A DNA stretch of 64,000 nucleotides from contig NC_090399.1 in the NCBI RefSeq assembly GCF_036365525.1, forward strand, positions 53,972,430 through 54,036,429, read 5' to 3'. Every line of letters starts with the position of its first letter. Positions within the stretch are counted from its first letter, which is position 1. A program made the translations under genes and the position numbers. The DNA is from Heterodontus francisci. Taxonomy: Eukaryota. Shown piece by piece: positions 39,880 through 51,041 of this stretch. A model generated the notes under the pieces. The model made no database searches and was not told the origin of the DNA. It saw nothing but the letters and a program-made list of their open reading frames with translations.

Positions 39880-41990
39880 CCCAATAATAGAGGATAGGGA
39901 AGTGGTCTATGGATGTTATTTATATGGACTTCCAGGCGGCATTTGATTAAGTCCTTCATAAGAGACTGTTAACTAAAGCTGAAACTCATGAAATTGAAGG
40001 CAAATTATTGACCTGCTTAGAAAATTGAATAAGCGTCAGGAGATAGAGCAGGGTTGTCCAACCTTTTCCCATGGGGGCCATATTACAATTTTTGTCTTGC
40101 ATAGGTGGCTGGTGAGACAATTTCAGAATGATAAAGACATTAAAAATTTGTCTTACTATTAATCAAAACAACAACAAATGTGCATTTTTGTGAAGAGGTT
40201 TTAAATGAGAAGATTAATTTATTGACTTACTTTCTCATCACTATGTTGAACACTGATTTAGTGAGATATCTGGCATTTTTTTGCTTGCAAAAGTAGTCAA
40301 TGTTTGCCCGCATACTTATAGCGATGCAGAGTATTCTAGATAACTGTCCATCTGTTCAGGAGTAAACTTAGTCACTCTCTTTCTGCATCTCTGTCTCTTT
40401 CTCTCTCTCTATGTCTCTCTCTCTCTCTCTCTGTCCTCCCCCCACCCCCACCCCGTGCCTCTCTCGCTCTCTCTCTCTGTCTCCTCTCTCTGTTTCCCTC
40501 TCTCTCTCTCTCAGTCCCCCTCACTCTCTCTGGCCCCCCTCTCTTACTCTGTCCCCCGTCTCTCTCTTTCCCCCTCTCTCTCCCTCTGTTCACTTCCCTC
40601 TCTCTCTGTCCGCCCCCCACCCCCCCCCCCCCCACCCCCACCGTCCCTCTCTCCCTCTCTCAAACTGTTGTAGGGAGTGGGAGGACTCAGCACAGAGCTT
40701 TGAGGTTAGTCAGTTTTTTTAAAAAAAGAATCACACTGTTAGTTTCACAGCTGACAGGTGTTGACATCAGGTACAGCGGTTTCCCAACTTCGGACAGAAT
40801 CTTGGTTTTCTGGCAGGCTTTTGAAAAAATGTTAGTACCCACCAGAAAACTCTGAATCTGTCCGAAGTTGGGACACCACTATTCCTGATATCAGCACCTG
40901 TCAGCTGTGAAACGCAGCGCGAATTTTTAAAAGCCGGTCTGAAAGAAAATGACAATGGGAAATTTCTTATCTCCGAAATACATCCGCGGGCCAGATGAAA
41001 ACCCTTGGCAGGCCGGATCCTGGCCCATGGGGTGTATGTTAGACAACCCTGAGATAGAGAGTAGGGATAATGGGCAGTTAATCTAATTGGTAGAATATGA
41101 CTAATGGTGTCCCACATAGATCTGTGGTGGGACCTCAACAATTCACTGTTCATGAACAACTTAGATGACGGGATAGAAAGCCACACATCCAAATTTGCCG
41201 ATGACATAAAGATAGGCAACATTGTAAGAAGTGCAGATGGAAGCATGAATTGGGAAAAACTGTGGCAAATAAATTTCAATGTAGGCAAATGTGAAGTCAT
41301 CCACTTTGGACCTAAAAAGGATAGAACAAGGTACTTTCTAAATGGTGAAAAGCTTGAAACATTGAAGGTCCAAAGAGACTTGGGCTTCCAGGTATGTAGA
41401 TCATTTATGCGTCACGAACAGCTACAGAAAATAATCAATAAGGCTAATGGAATGCTGGCTTTGATATCAAGAGAACTAGAATACAAGGGATGGAAGTCGT
41501 GCTTCAGTTATATAAAGCCCTGTTATAACCACACCTGGAGTATTGCAAGCAGTTCTTGGCACCACGCCAAGGAAGGATATATTTGCCTTGGAGGGAGTGA
41601 GGTGTCGGTTTAACAGAATGATCCCTGGACTCCAAGGGTTAAATTAAGAGGGAAGATTAAACAAACTAAGGTTGTATTCCCTTGAATTTAGAAGGTTAAT
41701 GGGTAATTTTATCAAAGTTTGCAAGATATTAAGGGGAACAGATAGGGTAGATTGAGAGAAACTGTTCCCTCTGGTTGGGAAGTCTAGGGCTGTGGACATA
41801 ATCTAAACATTAGAGTCAGACCTTTCAGAAACGAAATTAGGAAACAGTTCGACATGCAAAGGGTAGTAGAAGTTTGGAATTCTCTTCCGCAAAAAGCAAT
41901 TGGTGTGAGATCAGTTGTAAATCTGTGATTTTTAGATTTTTGTTATCCAAAGGTATTAAGGGATATGGGACAAAGAAAGGTCACAGATCA
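39880..41990 (+). mobile_element. Degenerate CR1 LINE hosting the hAT insertion
   Basis: GTCTATGGATGTTATTTATATGGACTTCC at about 39905; SKFADDIKIG..FNVGKCEVIHFG in ORF 41104-41613. Confidence 0.8.
40049..41051 (-). mobile_element. Non-autonomous hAT (Buster/Charlie-type) DNA transposon, 1003 bp
   Basis: TIRs CAGGGTTGTCCAAC / GTTAGACAACCCTG (13 of 14 match). Perfect 8-bp TSD AGATAGAG at 40041-40048 and 41052-41059 with central TA. Minus-strand relic TDGQLSRILCIAISMRANIDYFCKQK/CQISH* at 40258-40355. Confidence 0.92.
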
Positions 41991-42214
41991 GACCTCCCCA
42001 TTGTATACCCATATTGGCTATCTCTTATAATTTTATTCCTATCCAGATGTTTCATGATCTTATCTTTAATGATAGTTTCCATAACTTTCGCCAGAACAAC
42101 ATCAAACACCCAGGTCCTTCATTTGCTGGGTGACCTTCGCTATCCTTTCTAAAAGGAGAAGTAATATCCGCCTTCCTCCAGTCCCAAGGCACATCTCCAA
42201 TATTCAGTGATTCA

Positions 42215-42715
42215 CAGAATCACAGAATAATACAGTGCAGAAGAGCCCTTCGGCCCATCGAGTCTGCACCAATGCATTAAAGACGCCTGACCTGTCTATC
42301 TAATCCCATTTGCCGGCACTTGGCCCATAGCCTTGAATGTTATGATGTGCCAAGTGCTCATCCAGGTACTTTTTAAAGGATGTGAGGCAACCCGCCTCTA
42401 CCACCCTCCCAGGCAGTGCATTCCAGACCGTCACCACCCTCTGGGTAAAAAAGTTCTTCCCCAAATCCCCCTTAAACTTCCAGCCCCTCACCTTAAACTT
42501 GTGACCCCTCGTAACTGACCCTTCAACTAAGGGGAACTAAGGGGAACAGCTGCTCCCTATCCACCCTATCCATTCATAATCTTGGACAACACGAACAGGT
42601 CACCCCTCAGTCTTCTCTGCTCCAGCGAAAACAACCTAAGCCTATCCAACCTCTCTTCATAGCTTAAATGTTCCATCCCAGGCAACATCCTGTTGAATCG
42701 TCACTGCACCCTCTC
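42215..42715 (-). mobile_element. CR1 3' fragment
   Basis: Minus ORF FFTQRVVTVWNALPGRVVEA...QGYGPSAGKWD*. Confidence 0.85.
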
Positions 42716-43009
42716 CTGAATTCCGGAAGATTTGTTCCAGATTTGCTGCAATTTTTTCCCCCAAGATTCCGCGGATAAATCTGCATGGTCTGTAATTTAC
42801 TCAACTCAAATTTGCCCAGCTGTACATTATCCGCGCTGTTATGTGAATACGTCAGAACATGCCTCTTATATTCCCTCCAGTCTCCTTCCACCTTACAAGG
42901 ATAAACTACAAGATGAGGAGACCAACCAATCTGAATGCATTGGCCTGCTTTATGGGCAGTAGGTGGGAGACAAGCTCTGCAATGTGGCGGGCAGGAAGGA
43001 AACCAATAT

Positions 43010-44182
43010 CTGGGTAAAGGTCCCGATCCCCAGACTGTGCTGATTCCTGATGGTTTACTGGGTAAATGTCCCGATCCCCAGTCTGTGCTGATTCCTGATG
43101 GTTTACTGGGTAAAGTTCCCGATCCCCAGTCTGTGCTGATTCCTGATGGTTTACTGGGTAAAGTTCCCGATCCCCAGTCTGTGCTGATTCCTGATGGTTT
43201 ACTGGGTAAAGGCCCCGATCCCCAGTCTGTGCTGATTCCTGATGGTTTACTGGGTAAAGGTCCCGATCCCCAGTCTGTGCTGATTCCTGATGGTTTACTG
43301 GGTAAAGGACCCGATCCCCAGTCTGTGCTGATTCCTGATGGTTCACTGGGTAAAGGACCCGATCCCCAGTCTGTGCTGATTCCTGATGGTTCACTGGGTA
43401 AAGGACCCGATCCCCAATCTGTGCTGATTCCTGATGGTTCACTGGGTAAAGGACCCGATCCCCAGTCTGTGCTGATTCCTGATGGTTTACTGGGTAAAGG
43501 CCCCGATCCCCAGTCTGTGCTGATTCCTGATGGTTTACTGGGTAAAGTTCCCGATCCCCAGACTGTGCTGATTCCTGATGGTTTATTGGGTAAAGGTCCC
43601 GATCCCCAGTCTGTGCTGATTCCTGATGGTTTACTGGGTAAAGGCCCCGATCCCCAGTCTGTGCTGATTCCTGATGGTTTACTGGGTAAAGGTCCCGATC
43701 CCCAGTCTGTGCTGATTCCTGATGGTTTACTGGGTAAAGGCCCCGATCCCCAGTCTGTGCTGATTCCTGATGGTTTACCGGGTAAAGGTCCCGATCCCCA
43801 GTCTGTGCTGATTCCTGATGGTTTATTGGGTAAAGGTCCCGATCCCCAGTCTGTGCTGATTCCTGATGGTTTATTGGGTAAAGGTCCCGATCCCCAGTCT
43901 GTGCTGATTCCTGATGGTTTATTGGGTAATGGTCCCGATCCCCAGACTGTGCTGATTCCTGATGGTTTATTGGGTAAAGGTCCCGATCCCCAGACTGTGC
44001 TGATTCCTGATGGTTTACTGGGTAAAGGCCCCGATCCCCAGTCTGTGCTGATTCCTGATGGTTTACTGGGTAATGGTCCTGATCCCCAGTCTGTGCTGAT
44101 TCCTGATGGTTTACTGGGTAAAGGTCCCGATCCCAGTCTGTGCTGATTCCTGATAGTTTACTGGGTAAAGTTCCCGATCCCA
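43010..44182 (+). repeat. 48-bp minisatellite, about 24.5 units
   Basis: Unit CTGGGTAAAGGTCCCGATCCCCAGTCTGTGCTGATTCCTGATGGTTTA, giving 16-aa repeat ORFs on both strands. Confidence 0.97.
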
Positions 44183-44184
44183 AG

Positions 44185-44518
44185 TTTTTTTTATTTTTTA
44201 TTTTTTTTATTTAGAGATACAACACTGAAACAGGCCCTTCGGCCCACCGAGTCTGTGCCGACCAACAACTACCTATTTATACTAACCCTACACTACCCCC
44301 ATATTTTCTAGCACATCCCCACCATTCTCCTACCACCTACCTACACTACGAGCAATTTACAATGGCCAATTTACCTATCAACCTGCAAGTCTTTTGGAGG
44401 TGGGAGGAAACCGGAGCACCCGGCGGAAACCCACGCAGGCACAGGGAGAACTTGCAAACTCCACACAGGCAGTACCCAGAATCGAAACCGGGCCGCTGGA
44501 GCTGTGAGGCTGCGGTGC
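44185..44518 (-). mobile_element. HE1-type SINE, reverse, 5'-truncated
   Basis: Reverse complement of the 17396 SINE with a T-rich tail; lacks about the first 25 nt. Confidence 0.9.
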
Positions 44519-45697
44519 AGTGGATGTTATCTACATGGACTTCAGTAAAGCCTTTGACAAGGGCCCTCTTGGCAGACTGGTACAAAAGGTGAAGTCACAC
44601 GGGATCAGAGGTGAGCTGGCAAGATGGATACAGAACTGGCTCGGTCATAGAAGACAGAGGGTAGCAGTGGAAGGGTGCTTTTCTGAATGGAGGGATGTGA
44701 CTAGTGGTGTTCCACAGGGATCAGTGCTGGGACCTTTGCTGTTTGTAGTATATATAAATGATTTGGTGGAAAATGTAGCTGGTCTGATTAGTAAGTTTGC
44801 AGATGACACAAAGGTTGGTGGAGTTGTGGATAATGATGAGGATTGTCAGAGGATACAGCAGGATATAGATCGGTTGGAGACTTGGGCTGAGAAATGGCAG
44901 ATGGAGTTTAATCCGGATAAATGTGAGGTAATGCATTTTGGAAGGTCTAATGCAGGTGGGAAGTATACAGTAAATGACAGAACCTTTAGGAGTATTGACA
45001 GGCAGAGAGATCCGGGCGTACAGGTCCACAGGTCACGGAAAGTGTCAACACAGATGGATAAGGTAGTCAAGAAGGCATACGACATGCTTGTCTTCATCAG
45101 TCGGGGCACAGAGTATAGAAATTGGCAAGTCACGCTGCAGCTGTACAGAACTTTAGTTAGGCCACACTTAGAATATTGCGTGCAATTCTGGTCGCCACAC
45201 TACCAGAAGGACGTGGAGGCTTTGGAGAGGGTACAGAGGAGGTTTACCAGGATGTTGCCTGGTCTGGAGGGCATTAGCTATGAGGGGAGGTTGGATAAAC
45301 TCGGATTGTTTTCACTGGAACGACGGAGGTGGAGGGGCGACATGATAGAGGTTTACAAAGTTATGAGCGGCATGGACAGCGTGGATAGTCAGAGGCTTTT
45401 TCCCAGGGTGGAAGAGTCAGTTACTAGTGGACATAGGTTTAAGGTGAGAGGGGCAAAGTTTAGAGGGGATGTGTGAGGGTGGTGAGTGCCTGGAACTTGC
45501 TGCCAGGGGAGGTGGTGGAAGCAGGTACAATAGCGACGTTTAAGAGGCATCTTGACAAATACATGAATAGGATGGGAATAGAGGGATACGGTCCCCGGAA
45601 GTGCAGAAGGTTTCACTTTAGGCAGGCATCAAGATCGGCGCAGGCTTGGAGGGTCGAATGGCCTGCTCCTGTGCTGTACTGTTCTTTGTTCTTTGTT
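44517..45697 (+). mobile_element. CR1 (HER1-like) LINE, 5'-truncated, with a 318-aa RT C-terminal ORF
   Basis: [23 protein letters not shown] and KFADDTK motifs; near-identical to the 23083-24035 copy. Confidence 0.94.
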
Positions 45698-47449
45698 GCA
45701 TTTACCTCAAAAGGCACTTTACCCGGAGTCAACTCAAGGCAGCTGACCTGCCAGGAGAGAATGTCTCCGGTCTCCTTGCATGGGAGACGGGTCCGTTAAT
45801 GGTATATTGCTAGCAAGATAATTTGAGCAGCTCAAAGGAATCTCATCATATACAACATGTTGCCATGCATTAACCCCTAAGAAAAAACAGCAACCCCGAA
45901 ATTTCTGGGAAGGGCCTGAGTCAGGATTCGCACCTCTGCAAGGAAGCGGCACTACTCAGTGAGATTATTTGGGAGATGATTGGCCATATCTTCTACACGG
46001 AAAGTTCAGCCTAGAGTCTGCATTACCAATCGAGAGCATTCTGTTTGAAAAAAACTACTGAGCTAGAGTCTACTGAGGAGTGATCAACGGGAACCTGGAA
46101 ACAGGATTCGGCCATTTAGTCCCTCGAACCCGGTTCCGGCATTCATTCAACCCCTCGAACCTGTTCCACTCTTCATTTACATCGAAGACTGGTTTGCATC
46201 TCAACTCCAATTACCCCGGTTCCATATCCTTGCCTATCAAAAAATCTATCAATCTCAGTTTTTTCCAGTGACCCCCCAGGTTCAACAGCAATTTGGGAGC
46301 GAGAGTTCCAGAATTCCACCAACTTTCAGGTGAAAAGGTGCTTCCTGACATTACCCCTGAACAGCCTATCTCTAATATGCCTCCTTGTTCTGGACTCACT
46401 CAGTAGAGGAAAAGGTTTTTCTCTATCTACCCTATCATATCCTTTTATTATCTTAAACACCTCAATTAGATCACTCTTTCGTCTTCTGTACTCAAGACAA
46501 TGCACCCTCATAACTTAACCCTCTAACAGTCAGTATAATTCTGATGCAACAGCACTGCCAGTGAGAATCCCACGGGAATCCCACTGATATGTGAGCTGGA
46601 GGAAGATAGGTTATGGTAACGGAGACTGTGTGGGTGATTAGATTCATCAGGCGGCACCAGAGGAGAGCCAGACCATCCTAGAATTACCTATCGAGCAGGA
46701 TCTATAGAGCTAGGCACCTATTCTGAGACCTTTCCCAATGGCTCCATTTCAGGAGACTGTGCTTCCTTCAGGAAGCTTTGGAGCCGCTCTGTTCACTGTT
46801 GTAGCCAGGTTTGCAACCAAGGTCTACAACACAGATGTTCTCACTAGGGAACAGAGAGTGACCACAGCTCATAACATTTGTGCCATAGGCTTATTCCAGG
46901 AAACCACATGGTCATTTGCCACTTCTCTATCTGGAAAGTTTCCTATGCCTTCATTGCAAGTGCAGTTTAATTGAGATGATTTGTCAGTGCTCCCATGCAG
47001 ATGACTGTGAGAGACATCATGGTTTTCAGGATTGCTGATTCTCGGAATGATTGATTATGCCCATATTGCTCTACATGATCCAATTGTAAACATGAACCAC
47101 AAAGGCTGCCATTCCGTCATTGCTTGTGAATTCATAGCAACAACAACTTGCATTTGTGTGGCACAATTAATGTTGTAAAGATGCCCCAAGTGAATCACAG
47201 GAGCGTTATGAAGCAGAATTTGACGCCGAGCCTCGTAAGGAGATATTAGGACAGATGACCGAAAGGGTGGTCAAAGATCGCCATCCCTGAGTACGTCCTG
47301 TCCCAGAAGCAGGCCATACCCACATGAGGTGCTGGCAGTGATGTAAGTCGGGTGGCCATGGGAGTTCTCAACATTCACTCGGGAGTCTAGGAAGTCTCAT
47401 ATCATCAGGTCAGGCAGCGTGTATGGAGAGAAAGACTTCACACTGGTGT

Positions 47450-48080
47450 CTTTTGTCAGGACTGGAAAGTTAGAGTTGTAACAAGTTGTAAGGAAGTACA
47501 GAACCAGGGGAAGGGAGGACCGGACAAAAGGAAGGGTCTGCGATTAGGTGGAAGGCAGGAGTGATTAAATCAATGGCAGAATAATTCTCAGCACTTGCTG
47601 CTCACAAAAATGGGAGCAGTGGTTGTGATGTGAAATTGTTGAATTTGATATTGACTCTGGATGGTTAAGTGCTGAATGGAAAGATAAGGTGCTGTACCTC
47701 GAGCTGCATTGAAACAGTATAGATGATCAAGGATAGAGAGGTCAGAGTTGGGGTGGGCTGGAGAATTGAAATGACAAGTCACACTTGCAGCTGAAAGGAA
47801 GTGTTTAGTAAAACAGTCATCCAATCTGTGTTTGGTCTCCCCATTGTAGAGGAGCCTGCTCTGTGAGCAGCAAATACAAGATACCAAATTTAAAGAAATA
47901 CACGTAAATCATTGTTCCACTCGGAAGGAGTTTGGGGCCTTACGGGGTAGGAAGGGAGAAGCTAAAGGGCAGGTCGAGAGCCCTGTCAACTCTGGAAGAG
48001 TATCATTGGTTGAGAAAAAAGGACGACATATCGGAAGCACAGGTGTGAGAGGTGACCGAGAACAAATGCAACAGAGGAGC
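47450..48080 (-). mobile_element. Penelope-like element relic (GIY-YIG endonuclease)
   Basis: Minus ORF VSCICCSQSRLLYNGETKHRLDDCFTKH matches the VYCIxCxxCxxxYIGETKRRLxDRFxEH pattern. Confidence 0.7.
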
Positions 48081-48239
48081 TGGGAGAATGGGGTGTTAGA
48101 AGAGCCACAGATATAGGTCAGAAGAAACAGGACTGGGGGAGACAGACGGGGTCATGCTCCAGGGTGATGGAGGAGGAGGTGTCAAGGCAGTTGGCGTTCA
48201 GCCTCCGCGAGACTGCTGGCAGGCTTAGTGACAGGATTG

Positions 48240-48980
48240 GCTATCAGAGGACGGAGTGCAGCAGGTTCAGAGGGAGGGAGGTCAGTGGATGAAGGGAGTG
48301 GAATTTGACGCCAAGGGGCAGCATGTAGATGAGAAATATAGGACTGGGCCTAGGATAGATCCTTGGAGGACAGCAGAGATAACGGTGCGGGAGTGGGGAG
48401 AGACGCCATTGCAAGCGATAATCTGGCCACATTTAGATAGATTAGAATGGAAACAGGTCACTGCAGCCCACCCAGCTGCATGACTGTGGAGAGATGTTGG
48501 AGGAGGATGATGTGGTCACCCGTGTCACAGGCTGCAGATAGGTCACAAAGGACAAGGAGGGAGAGTTTACTTTAGAAGGCTGCACCTCAGAAGTCCAGTG
48601 AGGGTGGAGAGACAGGGGAGATGAGTTTTAAGAAGACTATTTGCAGTAGGGAAAAGAAGCTGGGGTTTATCTGTGCATTCCAGAATGACCCTTGAATAGT
48701 GAGCAGTTTTAGCAGACGAGAAGCAGGTTCTGATAGTGTTTTATGGAGTCCAGCCAGATCTGACAGTGGCTCGGTGAACCAGTTGTCCACCATATCACTT
48801 CAAGTCTGTATCCTTTGGACTTAAAGAAGCAGCGATGAGGGCCATACCAGAGGGAACAGCCAGGATTAGGGAGAGTAATGGTTTTATTGGGGACTAGAGC
48901 ACAAATGTTGCAGTGAGCAGAAAGACAAAGGCTAGAGAGTTGGGATTTTGGAAGTAAGGATGTAGATGCATTGTGTGGCA
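48240..48980 (-). mobile_element. L2-like LINE relic
   Basis: Minus strand gives FLIYMLPLG near a degenerate PQGSILGP; same family as 56760-58072. Confidence 0.6.
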
Positions 48981-49462
48981 CAACAGAATGTGCTGGGGCG
49001 CGGCACCGTGGGAGAAAAATGGATACAGTTAGCAAAATGACAACCACCGACACATTTTAGTAATAAAATAGAATTATTTTACTGTCATTCATAATGCAGC
49101 TGATTTCCAAAGCACTGTTTCATTCCAACAACAACAATAAAGCAACTTGTATTTACATTGTGCTTTAATGCAATGAAATGTTCTGAGATTCTTCACAGGG
49201 AGGTTCAGAAGTGAAAATGTTTTTCATCCAGAGGGTGGTGGGGGTCTGGAATTCACTGCCTGAAAAGGTAGTTGAGGCAGAAACCCTCAACTCATTCAAA
49301 AAGAGTCTGGATATGCACCTCAAGTGCTGTAATCTGCAGGGCTATAGACCAAATGCTGGAAGGTGGGATTAAACTGGGTGGATCGTTTTTCAGCCAGCAC
49401 CGACATGCTGAGCAAGTGACCTTTTTCTGTACCTTAAACTTTCTGTGATTCTATGATTCTAC

Positions 49463-49600
49463 ATCATTGAGCAGTGATTTGGCGCTGAAGCAAAGGATCC
49501 ACTGCCTTAGCAACTGTGGTGAAACCTTCCAGCATTCGGCTGAGTGCATGTTCCAATTCCTTGTGTGTTGCTGCATTCTCCACAACCTGGTAATCATGAC
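49463..49600 (+). mobile_element. Harbinger transposase C-terminal relic
   Basis: IIEQ.../LKQRIHCLSNCGETFQHSAECMFQFLVCCCILHNLVIM resembles HARBI1 LKxRFRCLD..LQY...CCxLHN. Confidence 0.7.
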
Positions 49601-49817
49601 ATCACAGCCTTTGCCATAATGGATCTGGCAATGAGCTCAGGCAGAGGAACAGGCAGCGTGATCACCATGCCAGATTTTGGGAGCTAGCCACTTTAGCCCT
49701 GTTAATTCCAGCAGTCAACAAATGTCATCTCAAATCAACGTGCAGTGATAGAGGGATGACACACTACACTATTAGAAATGTACCAATTGCAGCACCTAGC
49801 TCGGATTCAGTTTCATC

Positions 49818-50154
49818 TCAGTGGATCCCTGGCTGCCCATAGTGAACACAGCACAGGTTCAGCGAGGTACACTTAAAGTGGCTCGGAATTTGAATGCTCT
49901 GTTTCTTGTTCTCCTGCTCAAGCGTGTGGGTGTTGACTTTCTTAAGTAGACTCCCTGTCGTCTGGAACAACAACAACTTCCAGTTAGACAGCACCCATAG
50001 TAAAACATCCCAAGGCACATCAGGGGTGTGGCTGCAGACCACATTACCTGTTGAAACTTCTCCAGTTCACTGCTGAAATCATCGTAACTGTTGAAGGTCA
50101 AAGATGTAAAGATGGAAGGAATTGCTTTGTTGTATCAATGAGAGTAGCCATCAT
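49818..50154 (-). pseudogene. Spliced, frameshifted ZSWIM3-like/MULE transposase N-terminal fragment (2 exons)
   Basis: Exon 50154-50048, an 86-nt GT-AG intron (50047-49962, with CTAAC branch point), and exon 49961-49818. Reconstructed: MMATLIDTTKQFLPSLTFNSYDDFSSELEKFQQ|TTGSLLKKVNTHTLEQENKKQSIQIPSHFKCTSLNLCCVHYGQPGIH*. Confidence 0.6.
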
Positions 50155-50525
50155 CAGTAGTTCAGGGAGGCTGCAAATGAATCACACAAGAAGCACGAGA
50201 TGAAGGGACACAGAAGGCATTTTGTGGACAGTGTGAATAGAAAAGATGGTGAAGAATGTTGTGGTCAATATAAGCGCAGAAGCAGAAGAGATATGGACGA
50301 TAGCACCGGAAAATCAATTCCGGACCATGAAACATATTGTAGGCAGGTTAAACTGGTAATCCTTAAATACTGAATTAGGAGCAGGAGTATGCCTTGATTC
50401 TTGATAAGCAAGGGAGATGGAAGGTTATCAGTGGTCGGTGGAAATGTGGAGTTTAGCCATGAACGCCGGAGCAGGCTGGAAGGGTTGAGTGGCCAACTCT
50501 TGCTCCTACTTCGTATGTTCGTATG

Positions 50526-50640
50526 ATTGGTCGCTCATTACAGGCTCTCAGAGTCTGATTGGTTACTCTCCTGGATGTGATTGGTTACTCGATGTCAGGT
50601 TCTGATTGGCCGCGGTATGTCGGCTCCTTGTTTAAAGACC
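50526..50640. promoter_or_regulatory. Cluster of four ATTGG (inverted CCAAT/Y-box) motifs followed by TTTAAA
   Basis: GATTGG with ATTGG at 50526, 50558, 50580 and 50605; TTTAAAG at 50631. Confidence 0.5.
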
Positions 50641-50797
50641 ACTAACTCTTGTTTTTCCTAGTCCGAGCTTGCAGCTCTCGAAATGTGAGCATCAGAGCTC
50701 TGCAATGTCCCCATTCCAAGCCGCTCATTCCTGTCCCGCAATGTCCCCGCTCTGGGCCACTTGGTCCTTTGCAGCCTGACAGTAGAGTTGTACCACT

Positions 50798-51004
50798 AAA
50801 ATAAAAGCAAAATACTGCAGATGCTGGAAATCTGAAATAAAAACAGAAAATGCTGGAAGTAGTCAGCAGGTGTGGCAGCATTGTGGAGAGAGAAGCAGAA
50901 GTTCAGAGTGCTGATGAAGGGTCACTGAAGTGAAAAGTTAGCTCTGTTTCTCTCTCCACAGATGCTGCCAGACCTGCTGAGTTTTTCCAGCATTTCTTTT
51001 ATTA
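50798..51004. mobile_element. Palindromic MITE-like/Penelope-terminal element upstream of the beta promoter
   Basis: Arms at about 50848-50900 and 50943-50996 are imperfect reverse complements; related sequence at 26215-26316. Confidence 0.7.
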
Positions 51005-51041
51005 TAGAATTGTACCAGGTGCTTAACATCGGATACCTCTG

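Noticed and set aside
51011-51041. S (W/Z) box of the class II promoter
   Set aside because: No convincing match at the canonical distance from X1.
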